Program-made: the position numbers and the translations under genes
Shown here: positions 18,785-27,270 of the stretch, in pieces
How the letters are laid out: the number at the start of each line of letters is the position of its first letter
Numbering within the stretch: the stretch's first letter is position 1
The notes under the pieces: generated by a model
The model's input: only the letters and a program-made list of their open reading frames with translations
Databases searched by the model: none
What the model was told of the DNA's origin: nothing
From: Deltaproteobacteria bacterium
Lineage (GTDB): Bacteria; DRYD01
Direction: 5' to 3'
Assembly: GCA_028276365.1 (NCBI GenBank)
Contig: JAPYWL010000006.1
Coordinates: 1-55,355 of the forward strand
Length of the DNA: 55,355 nucleotides

Positions 18785-20035
18785 ATGTCATTTGATGTTT
18801 TCTCTAATTTAAATGTAATAAGAAATAATTATGTATCACCTACCAATATTATTTCTACTTCATATAGTAATACCATAAGCTTATCAGTAGATGGATATAT
18901 AAAAGATGATTTAAATGTAGTAGATTATGGTGATTTATATTCAACAGTTAGACCTAATAATATAAATACTTCATACAATCCCGAACCGATTCCGGCGGTT
19001 CCTGAACCTAATGAATCCTACTATTCTCAAATAAACGATTTGAATACCTTAAGTGATCAATTTAAATTATATTTAGATAAATATAATCAATTGGTTGGTG
19101 TATATAATAAAGTAGAAGTTGATAAAAACAAAGTATTAAATAATATAAAAAATATAGAAAATCATAAAGTTCAAATTCAACAAAGGATAGAGCAATTAAA
19201 TAATCAGATAAATCAATTAAATAATCAGGCAACTCAATTGAGTAATCAAGCAAATAACTTGAGAAATCAAGCTAATAATTATGAATTACAGGCAAATAAT
19301 TTGGAACAAAGTGCTAATATGTTAGAGCAGCAAGCACAAGCTTTATTATCTAATCCATTAAGTGCATCTGCGGGAGCTCAATTAATGGCTCAAGCTCAAG
19401 CTTTAAGAGCACAAGCTATGACTCTTAAAAATTTAGCTCAGCAACTTAAAACGCAAGCTCAACAATTGGATCAACAAGCTCAAGAGCTACGTAATAAAGC
19501 TAATGAATTAAGAAATCAAGTTAATCAACTCCAAAATAAACTCCAACAACTAGACGTTAAATTAAACAACTTTAAACAATTACTAAATAATATAAATAAC
19601 TACCAAGAAAAGTTAAAACAAGCTATAATTAAAGTAGTTAAACATTTACAGTTAATATATAAACGTGCTCAAGAATTAATAAATCAAAAGCAGTTTGAAA
19701 ACCAATTAAATTTATTAAATAATATCCTTAACAATTTAAATAATATAAGAGGTTTAGGATTTTATAATGCTAATAATAATAATATAAACCCAATGGCTAT
19801 ATTCTCTTTATTGGGCATGTTTATGAATAATCCATTAATGAATATGTTTTCATTATTAGGGGGACCTAAAATGGGATTTATTAATAATAATTTTAATAAT
19901 CCGAATTTTGTTTTACCTGCTTTAGGAATGTTTAGCAGTTTTATAGCGTTTTCTTCTATGCCTATGCCATCTTTTAATTATCCAGCATTTAGTGTAGGCT
20001 TTGTAGCTTCTTTTAGAAAAGTTAAATCTATATAA
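18785..20035 (+). CDS. Hypothetical Q/N/A-rich coiled-coil hairpin protein with hydrophobic Met/Phe-rich C-terminus
   Basis: Long heptad runs either side of ALLSNPLSASAGAQLMAQA; no Cys; SD GAGGGGGTG. Confidence 0.85.
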   Translation: MSFDVFSNLNVIRNNYVSPTNIISTSYSNTISLSVDGYIKDDLNVVDYGDLYSTVRPNNINTSYNPEPIPAVPEPNESYYSQINDLNTLSDQFKLYLDKYNQLVGVYNKVEVDKNKVLNNIKNIENHKVQIQQRIEQLNNQINQLNNQATQLSNQANNLRNQANNYELQANNLEQSANMLEQQAQALLSNPLSASAGAQLMAQAQALRAQAMTLKNLAQQLKTQAQQLDQQAQELRNKANELRNQVNQLQNKLQQLDVKLNNFKQLLNNINNYQEKLKQAIIKVVKHLQLIYKRAQELINQKQFENQLNLLNNILNNLNNIRGLGFYNANNNNINPMAIFSLLGMFMNNPLMNMFSLLGGPKMGFINNNFNNPNFVLPALGMFSSFIAFSSMPMPSFNYPAFSVGFVASFRKVKSI

Positions 20036-20285
20036 ATTAATACAATTATAATACAATTCCAATATAATTACAATTCTTTAAATAATAGTTTTTTAAATTG
20101 TTTTTACTAAAAATAGTGTTATATTTTTTTTATTTACTATATTTTTTTTTACTTTTTTTTAAATAGTATTAAAAAAAATTTTGATAAAACATTCAATAAA
20201 AAATTTAAAGATAATTAATAAAAAAAATAAAAAAGATGGTAGTTATAGAAAATCTTACTAATAATCTAAATATATAGAAACTATT

Positions 20286-20324
20286 TTTTTACAATTTTAA
20301 CATTTTATTTAGAATTTTTACAAA
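20286..20324 (+). promoter_or_regulatory. 39-bp upstream element, copy 2
   Basis: TTTTTACAATTTTAACATTTTATTTAGAATTTTTACAAA; 35/39 identical to the reverse complement of 12891-12929. Confidence 0.65.
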
Positions 20325-20396
20325 TTAAATAAAAAAATAATTAAAAAAATTGTAATAAATAATTAAAGAATTTAGGATAAAGGGGGTGAATAGAAA

Positions 20397-21392
20397 ATGA
20401 TGAATCAATTAAGTAGTTTTGGAGGATATATAGGTAGTAGCTTTGGGTATTATTATAACCAGTTAAGTATAGAACAAAAACAAGAAGTTAATAATATTTT
20501 AGGAAGTTTAGGAGTATCAATAAGTGAATTAGAATTTTACTTTGGATTTATATCTATAAGTTTAGGGAACGTATCATTTTTTGCTTTTGTATTTTTACTA
20601 AAGAAGAACCCAAATTTAATTAACAATCTAAGGGCTCAAGCTGCTGCTATGGGTTTTGGAGCTTTCGGAGCTGCTGGGTCTTTTAGTGTAGGAAATCCTA
20701 CAAGTACTCCATTATATAGTTCCCCTACTACATCATCAAGTGGAAAATCAAGTTCCTCTTCTCCAAAACAAATTGGAGACGCATTTTTAACTGCTTTTTC
20801 TTCTAAAGATATAGAAAATCTTAAAAATGGTGGTAGCTTAGATTTAAAAAATGGAGTTTTAAGTAATTTAAATGATTTAGCTAAATATGATAAAAATGGA
20901 GATGGAAAGATTAGTGGTGACGAATTAAAAGACCTACAAGTATCAATTGATTATAACAAAGATGGAAAAATAGATAAAAATGAATTAAAATCAGCTGCAG
21001 ATTCCAATATAAAAGAAATAGATCTAAAATCTGGAAAAGCTATTACAAACGATGGAAAAAATTTTGATCTAAAAGCGGATCCTAATGTCAATATAGGTGG
21101 AGAAAATAAATCAGCACTAATAATAGATTCTAATAAAGACGGACAATCTACTAAAGATCCTGATAATAGAGTACAACCTGGTGATTTTAGTCAATTTGGT
21201 TCTAAAACTGAGGATAAATCTTCTGACAATACATCATCTGCTAATGGATCTTCAAGTTCTAGTGGATCTTCAGAGGCAAGTGTTTCCTCAGGTTCTAGTA
21301 GTTCTTCAAGTTCTAGTGAGGCTTCTGGTTCTAGTGGATCATCTACCAGTGGATCATCTAGTGGTAGTAGCAGTTCTAGTGGTAGTAGTTAG
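20397..21392 (+). CDS. Hypothetical protein with EF-hand-like DxNxDG Ca-binding motifs and Ser/Gly-rich tail
   Basis: DKNGDGKISGDEL, DYNKDGKIDKNEL, DSNKDG; hydrophobic segment at about aa 47-68; SSGSS tail; no Cys. Confidence 0.85.
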   Translation: MMNQLSSFGGYIGSSFGYYYNQLSIEQKQEVNNILGSLGVSISELEFYFGFISISLGNVSFFAFVFLLKKNPNLINNLRAQAAAMGFGAFGAAGSFSVGNPTSTPLYSSPTTSSSGKSSSSSPKQIGDAFLTAFSSKDIENLKNGGSLDLKNGVLSNLNDLAKYDKNGDGKISGDELKDLQVSIDYNKDGKIDKNELKSAADSNIKEIDLKSGKAITNDGKNFDLKADPNVNIGGENKSALIIDSNKDGQSTKDPDNRVQPGDFSQFGSKTEDKSSDNTSSANGSSSSSGSSEASVSSGSSSSSSSSEASGSSGSSTSGSSSGSSSSSGSS

Positions 21393-21451
21393 CTCAGGTG
21401 AAGGGAAATAATAAAAATACATTAATATCATAATAAAAAATAAAATAAAAT

Positions 21452-22774
21452 ATGAATATAAAAGAAGCTTATAATCCTACTATAAATTTTATAGATTTAT
21501 TATCCTACAATGCAGTACAAATAATAAATGAAATATATAATTTACAAATAGATTCACCAACTACTATACATTTTTATTATCAAAATGTAATTAAAAAAAA
21601 TATAGTAAATGAATTTGATGTTATTATAGATATTTTGCAAATAAATAATAAAGATAATAATCAAAAAATAGATGATATTCTAATTTTAATAGAGGATGTA
21701 AAAGTAAAACTAAATTTATTAAAACAATTAATTTTAAATAAATTAGAAAATAAAGAAGAAAAAAATAATTCAGAAAATAAAGATGATCTTAAGGAATTAA
21801 AATTATCTTTTTTTTTAATAAATCAATTAGAAGCAGTTTTAAATCAAATAAATGTAGAAAATGAAAATCTTTATATAATAGATGTAGAAAATAAATTAAT
21901 AAGTTATGAAAATAAGGAATTTTTAAATTTTTTAAAGTTATTAAAAAATTCTTTTGATAATGCAAAAGTTTCTATCTGGAATTTATATAACCAAAAATTA
22001 ATAGATACCCCTTATTTTTTAAAAAATGAACAAAATTTTCTAAGAGAAATAGAGTTAAATGATTTTATAATTTTTTACTTATCAGATTTTATAAATTATG
22101 AATTGAATATAGATTGGGAGTTAATTTCATATTTACTATTTTATCAGGAATTACAAATAAAAGTAATCTTAAAATATCTTGGAGAATTTTCTAAAGAAAA
22201 TCCATTAGAAAGCTTATTCAATATACTTTATAATAAAGATAATTTAATTCAAGATTATTTAAATTATCTAAAAAATTTTGTTGATTTAAAAAATTTTCAA
22301 AAGCAAATATTAGAAGATTTTATCTTAAAAATAGAAAAAGAAGGTATAAATTGTATAATATGTAAAGAAAACAAAATAGATTTTGTATATTTTAATTGTC
22401 CAAAATGTGATATATATTATATAGATTTAATTACAACTGCTGATTCAATAAAATTACTTTTTTATTTATTAATTTTAAATGAATTTGATCTTTTATACGA
22501 AAATGTTATTAATTTTAGAGATTATCTTTATTCACTAATAAATAAAAATACAAAAATTTATAATAAAATTGGATATATTCAAATAGATTTACTTTATATT
22601 AATCAAATGATAGGCAAAATAAGAGAAATAGAAAGTATAATAAGTATTTTAGATGAAATAATAAGGATTTTAGAATCAAAAAAAGAATTAGAAATATTAG
22701 ATATATCAAACATCTCTAAAAATTTATATGAAATAAATAATAAATTAGAATTAATTTTATTTAGTATGATTTAG
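21452..22774 (+). CDS. Hypothetical helical protein with CxxC-CxxC putative Zn site
   Basis: 440-codon ORF; CIIC...CPKC. Confidence 0.75.
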   Translation: MNIKEAYNPTINFIDLLSYNAVQIINEIYNLQIDSPTTIHFYYQNVIKKNIVNEFDVIIDILQINNKDNNQKIDDILILIEDVKVKLNLLKQLILNKLENKEEKNNSENKDDLKELKLSFFLINQLEAVLNQINVENENLYIIDVENKLISYENKEFLNFLKLLKNSFDNAKVSIWNLYNQKLIDTPYFLKNEQNFLREIELNDFIIFYLSDFINYELNIDWELISYLLFYQELQIKVILKYLGEFSKENPLESLFNILYNKDNLIQDYLNYLKNFVDLKNFQKQILEDFILKIEKEGINCIICKENKIDFVYFNCPKCDIYYIDLITTADSIKLLFYLLILNEFDLLYENVINFRDYLYSLINKNTKIYNKIGYIQIDLLYINQMIGKIREIESIISILDEIIRILESKKELEILDISNISKNLYEINNKLELILFSMI

Positions 22775-22864
22775 AAATTAATAGAAAATATTTTTCAATG
22801 AAATAATTTTTAGAAGCTAAAGGAATTTTATTAACAAAGGTATAATAATAATAATGAAGCTAAA

Positions 22865-23239
22865 GGGGGTGTAAGGGGTTCGACGGTAAGAGGTAAGGAG
22901 ATAAGCTGCAGGCCGGGTCTTAGCTCCGTTAAAGCTAAGAGTAAAATAAACGCCGACAGAGAATTAGCTTTAGCTGCTTAATAATAAGCAGGCTTGCTAA
23001 GGTAGGTGCTTGCTACTACCTTAGTGGGTAAAAAATCTAGCAAGCTGCGCTTATAAGTCGCACCGCTTATAAGCTAAGCTAATCGGTGCTATGTGTATCT
23101 GTAGGTTCCTTGCTTATCCTACTGATACACTAAATCATAAAAGCAAGGGTTTGGTAGATTAGCCATAAATCTACCTAAGCCTGTAGATGCTATCTTCTTA
23201 GCTTACCGGACGTGGGTTCAACTCCCACCACCTCCACCA
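22865..23239 (+). ncRNA. ssrA: tmRNA; tag peptide ADRELALAA (22952-22981)
   Basis: 5' GGGGGTG...GGTTCGAC, 3' GTGGGTTCAACTCCCAC-CACCTCC-ACCA; acceptor stem with G3.U wobble; internal ORF ending LAA-stop. Confidence 0.96.
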
Positions 23240-23429
23240 CATTAAAAATATTCCCTAAATTAAAGATATAATCTAACTATTTTAATATCAAAACATTAAT
23301 ACTTATATCCTTGGGAATAATTTGTAATTCCTAAGATATTAAAATTAAAGTATCTATTAGTGTTTTGCTCAAAAATTTTCGGTAATTTTCAATAATTATT
23401 AATTCAAAAAATGAATAAAAAAATAAAAT

Positions 23430-23446
23430 TGTAAAAAATTAGTAAA
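23430..23446 (+). promoter_or_regulatory. Direct-repeat motif TGTAAA-N5-AGTAAA
   Basis: One-mismatch copy, about 82 bp upstream of the ATG at 23529. Confidence 0.45.
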
Positions 23447-23528
23447 AAAAATATGAAAAATTATTTATTTTTTTAAAAAAGTGTATATATAAATAAAGGA
23501 AAAGATAATTTTTAGGGGGTGAAATTTT

Positions 23529-26027
23529 ATGGCTATAAATCCAATAAATAATAGTTTTGATCTTAGTTCTCCTATATATAGTAACTTTTCTTTTGGTAAT
23601 AATCAATATATTGGAATTGATCATGATATTCAGGGACAAACGGAAGCAGGTGATGTTAATCAAAATGATATCCAACAATTACAAAACTCTATTAATCAGG
23701 ATAAACCCTTAGAAAATGCTGCCTTTGATTCTAATTTTAAAGTAGAAAAAGTTCCCCAAGAGCTAACTAAAAACTTTACCCAAACTTTAACAAAATTTGA
23801 TGGTGGGATTTCTCAATTAACTAGTAAAATAACAAGCTTACAAAATGAATTAAAATCATTATTATCAAGAAAATTCAAACCAGGGGGATTAATTAACCAA
23901 ATAAAACAACAAATAAAAATGTATACCCAAGGTTTAAAAAATCTTAAAAATCTAAAATCAAAATTCCTAAATCAAAGAAGTAAAACAGAATCACAAACAA
24001 AACAATTAGTTAACCAATTTACATCAAATAACCACGCTAAGGATGCTTTGTATAACAAAGGTGCTAATTTAATTTCACAATTCCCTAATTTAAATGGTGA
24101 TTTTAAATTTTTATTAACTCCTTTTAGGTTATCAGTTAATGAAAATGGATTTAATTCAATGTTTGCTAATATATTTGGAGGCATAGGTGTAGGTATCTTA
24201 GGGGGAATGACTTTATTTAATTCATCTATTATTAATAATAATATTATGCAAATTCATGATGTAGATACTTTAGTAGGAATGTTATCCTCTAATCAAGAAA
24301 TTATGGGAAATTTATTCAATAGCTATCAAAATTTGAGTGCAATGGAAGTAATGGAAACTCAAAAATTGATGCTACTTCAAAATGATTTAATGAGAATAAA
24401 TCAGGGGCAAAGTTTTGCAAAAATGAGAAAAGCTTTTCACAAGATGAAGGAAACTATGTTTAAGGGGTTTGCTAAAGCTTTAGATATGGCTTCTAAGGTT
24501 TTGGATAAAATGTCAACTGTTATGGAAAATGCTGCTCAAGGATTAGAAGCTGCTGCTAATGCTGCTCAAGCTATTCCTTTGGTAGGTCCTGCAATTGCTG
24601 CTGCATTAAGGATGGCTGCTAAAGCTATCAGAATGATTGCTAAAATGTTTAAAAAAGCCGCTAAATTCCTTGAACAAAAATCTAAACTCATGGAAAATAA
24701 AGCTAAACATCTTAATAAAATGCAACAACTAATGGATAAAAAGATATCATTTCTTGATAAACTTAAGCAAAAAGCATTAGAACAAATTAGGAATATCACT
24801 GAAAGATTAAATCAAATAAGAGAAAGAAAAAATTACGTTGCTCAGATGATACAACAAAAATTAATTGAGCGTCAAATGATAATTCAAAGATTAATGATGC
24901 TAGGTGAAAATCCTAGTGGAATAGGAATGCCAGGAATAGGAATGCCAGGGTTAGGAATGCCAGGGCTAGGAATGACAGGGTTAGGTATGCCAGGGTTAGG
25001 AATGCCAGGAATGGGAATGCCAGGGTTAGGTATGCCGGGAATAGGAATGCCAGGAATGGGTATGCCAGGGTTAGGAATGCCAGGAATGGGTATGCCAGGG
25101 TTAGGAATGCCAGGAATGGGTATGCCAGGGTTAGGAATGACAGGGTTAGGTATGCCAGGAATAGGAATGCCAGGAATGGGTATGCCAGGGTTAGGAATGC
25201 CAGGAATGGGTATGCCAGGGTTAGGAATGCCAGGAATGGGTATGCCAGGGTTAGGAATGCCAGGAATGGGTATGCCACCTATTGGTATGCCTATGATGAT
25301 TAATTCTATAGGTAATGTAATGTCAATGATGGGTATGGGATTAATGGGAGTTAATCCTTTAATGGGAATGTCTTTTATGTTAATGGGTTCTATGATGAAT
25401 TTAATGGGTAATAATATGCTAATGCAAAGGGGATTAATGAATCCGTTAAGATCCAATATGTTAGGAGGCTTAATGGGAGGTATAATAGGGGGAGCTTTAG
25501 GAGGTGCAATAGCTGGTTCTGTTGGGTCTAGTTTTACTCCAAGATACGTTAAAAGACAAGCTGAACAACAATTAGTTCAATTAGCAAACTTTATATTAAA
25601 TAATCAGGGTAATCCACAGGCACAGATGTACAAAATGATACTAAAAAATATTTATATTCAAATAGCACAAAGGATAGATATAAGCCCAGAAGTTAGACAA
25701 TTAGTATCACAAGCAGTAGGTGAAAACCTAAGTAACATATCTCCTGCAGCAGCTGGAGCAATGCAAGGAGCAATGATAGGTGGTATTTTAGGAGGTATAT
25801 TGGGGATGAATAATGCTATGGTTAATCCTATGATGAACCCTATGATGAATCCTATGATGAATCCTATTATGATGGGAGGAATACTTGGTGGTGTGCTTGG
25901 AGGCTTCTTAGGAAATAATATAGCGGCAAACAATAATATGGCTTTATTAGGTAATTTCAATAATTTAAGTATAGGAATTGTTTCTATTAATAGTTTTAGT
26001 TTTCAAAACAATGCTATAGCAGTTTAG
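23529..26027 (+). CDS. Large hypothetical Cys-free protein: coiled-coil hairpin, G(L/M/I)GMP repeats, glycine zippers
   Basis: 832 aa; AQAIPLVGPAIAAAL hairpin tip, 25 pentapeptides, GGIL-type zippers, NPMM repeats; SD AGGGGGTG. Confidence 0.88.
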   Translation: MAINPINNSFDLSSPIYSNFSFGNNQYIGIDHDIQGQTEAGDVNQNDIQQLQNSINQDKPLENAAFDSNFKVEKVPQELTKNFTQTLTKFDGGISQLTSKITSLQNELKSLLSRKFKPGGLINQIKQQIKMYTQGLKNLKNLKSKFLNQRSKTESQTKQLVNQFTSNNHAKDALYNKGANLISQFPNLNGDFKFLLTPFRLSVNENGFNSMFANIFGGIGVGILGGMTLFNSSIINNNIMQIHDVDTLVGMLSSNQEIMGNLFNSYQNLSAMEVMETQKLMLLQNDLMRINQGQSFAKMRKAFHKMKETMFKGFAKALDMASKVLDKMSTVMENAAQGLEAAANAAQAIPLVGPAIAAALRMAAKAIRMIAKMFKKAAKFLEQKSKLMENKAKHLNKMQQLMDKKISFLDKLKQKALEQIRNITERLNQIRERKNYVAQMIQQKLIERQMIIQRLMMLGENPSGIGMPGIGMPGLGMPGLGMTGLGMPGLGMPGMGMPGLGMPGIGMPGMGMPGLGMPGMGMPGLGMPGMGMPGLGMTGLGMPGIGMPGMGMPGLGMPGMGMPGLGMPGMGMPGLGMPGMGMPPIGMPMMINSIGNVMSMMGMGLMGVNPLMGMSFMLMGSMMNLMGNNMLMQRGLMNPLRSNMLGGLMGGIIGGALGGAIAGSVGSSFTPRYVKRQAEQQLVQLANFILNNQGNPQAQMYKMILKNIYIQIAQRIDISPEVRQLVSQAVGENLSNISPAAAGAMQGAMIGGILGGILGMNNAMVNPMMNPMMNPMMNPIMMGGILGGVLGGFLGNNIAANNNMALLGNFNNLSIGIVSINSFSFQNNAIAV
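24918..25292 (+). repeat. 15-bp coding tandem repeat (25 units) with a 120-bp higher-order duplication
   Basis: GGGTTAGGAATGCCA / GGAATGGGTATGCCA units; units 8-15 recur almost exactly as units 16-23. Confidence 0.95.
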
Positions 26028-26072
26028 TTAATATATATAAAAAATAATTAATTTAAAAGGAGGCGTATTAAA

Positions 26073-26762
26073 ATTAGTGAGCTACAAGATATTTTAAAAC
26101 AAATAGATCAAAAAAAAGATAATTTTGATCTAAAAGATTTAAAAAATTTCTTAGTAAATATAAAAACTATAATAGATGAGAACATAAAAGAATTAAACGA
26201 TTCATTAAAAGAATTAGAAACATATAATGAAGAAATAGATGAGGAAGATAAATTAATTTTGGGTATTAAAAATAGTTTGGAAAATATAAACATAAGAATA
26301 GAAGAATATATAAAAGTACTCAATGAGATAATAGATAATAAGCGTGCTTATAATGAGGAGGAATTAGAAAATCTAAATAAAGAAATAGAAGAAGATTTAA
26401 AAGCCTTAGAAGAATTGATAAACATTAGTCAGGAAAATGGAGATAATTTTAACCAGGAAATAGAAGATTTTTACCCCATAGAAGAAATAGATGAAATAAT
26501 AGAAAATGAAGACTTAAATGAAAAGCAAAAAGAAAAACTTTTAAAAGATATTCAAGAAAGATTAAATAGTTTTAACCAAAATGTTGATTATTCTGTAGAA
26601 GATATATTAGAAAGTAATGATCTAATAGATGAAAACGATTTAAAAAAAGCGAAGATATTAAATAACTTACTAAAATCCTTAGATAAGGCTATAGAAGAAA
26701 ATAATGAAAACAAAGTTAATGAAATTTTAGAAAAGATAAATGATTTTATAAAAGAATATTAA
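26073..26762 (+). CDS. Acidic coiled-coil hypothetical protein, probable ATT start
   Basis: Frame open from 26052; SD AGGAGG at 26058-26063 lies 9 nt before ATT-AGT-GAG-CTA (xSELQDILKQIDQKK); the track start (TTG 26259) is internal. Confidence 0.7.
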   Translation: MSELQDILKQIDQKKDNFDLKDLKNFLVNIKTIIDENIKELNDSLKELETYNEEIDEEDKLILGIKNSLENINIRIEEYIKVLNEIIDNKRAYNEEELENLNKEIEEDLKALEELINISQENGDNFNQEIEDFYPIEEIDEIIENEDLNEKQKEKLLKDIQERLNSFNQNVDYSVEDILESNDLIDENDLKKAKILNNLLKSLDKAIEENNENKVNEILEKINDFIKEY

Positions 26763-26920
26763 AATTTGAAATTTAAGTAAAAATAATCTATTCTTTTTAT
26801 AAAAGGAATTTTCTTTTCTTTGGTTAATATTCTAAATGTAGATATTAATTAGATAAATAAAAAATATTTAAGGTTGTAAATAAATAATTTAGTATAAATA
26901 ATTTATGAGGGGGAAGTGCT

Positions 26921-27178
26921 ATGCAATTTGATACATCAATTAAGAAAAACGAAAATTTCCTAAAAAAGAATAAAAATAATAATAAACAAAAAGTCAAGAA
27001 TTTTCAAGATAATTTCTTAAATAATTTGAGAAATTCTCAAAAAGAAACAAATATATTACTGATTAATGGTACAGAAATAACAGGTAAATTATTATCTTTT
27101 GATCAATACGTGGTTATATTGGAAAAGAATAATCAAAAAATGATGATTTATAAACATGCAATTGCTAAAATAAATTAA
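26921..27178 (+). CDS. hfq: RNA chaperone Hfq
   Basis: NFQDNFLNNLR, LINGTEITGKLLSFDQYVVIL, MIYKHAI. Confidence 0.93.
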   Translation: MQFDTSIKKNENFLKKNKNNNKQKVKNFQDNFLNNLRNSQKETNILLINGTEITGKLLSFDQYVVILEKNNQKMMIYKHAIAKIN

Positions 27179-27270
27179 GTGTAATAAATGGTAAATGGTA
27201 GTTGAAAATTGATAATTGATAATTAATAATTAATAATTCATAAAGGGGAGAGGTAAAAAAAAGTATAAGG

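Noticed and set aside
20039-20076. AATACAATT-like short repeats after 18785
   Set aside because: Only 3-4 degenerate copies in very AT-rich DNA; no supportable function
21181-21411. 76-aa L/V-rich ORF
   Set aside because: Alternate-frame reading of the Ser-rich tail of 20397
23240-23528. Integrated element at the tmRNA 3' end
   Set aside because: No integrase and no duplicated att sequence seen in the window
24918-25292. Possible CRISPR array
   Set aside because: Contiguous in-frame tandem units without unique spacers; no cas genes. The same applies to the repeats at 15207 and 52839
24884-25456. Minus-strand repeat ORFs (GIPNP and AFLTL types)
   Set aside because: Shadows of the 15-bp repeat inside 23529..26027; no RBS
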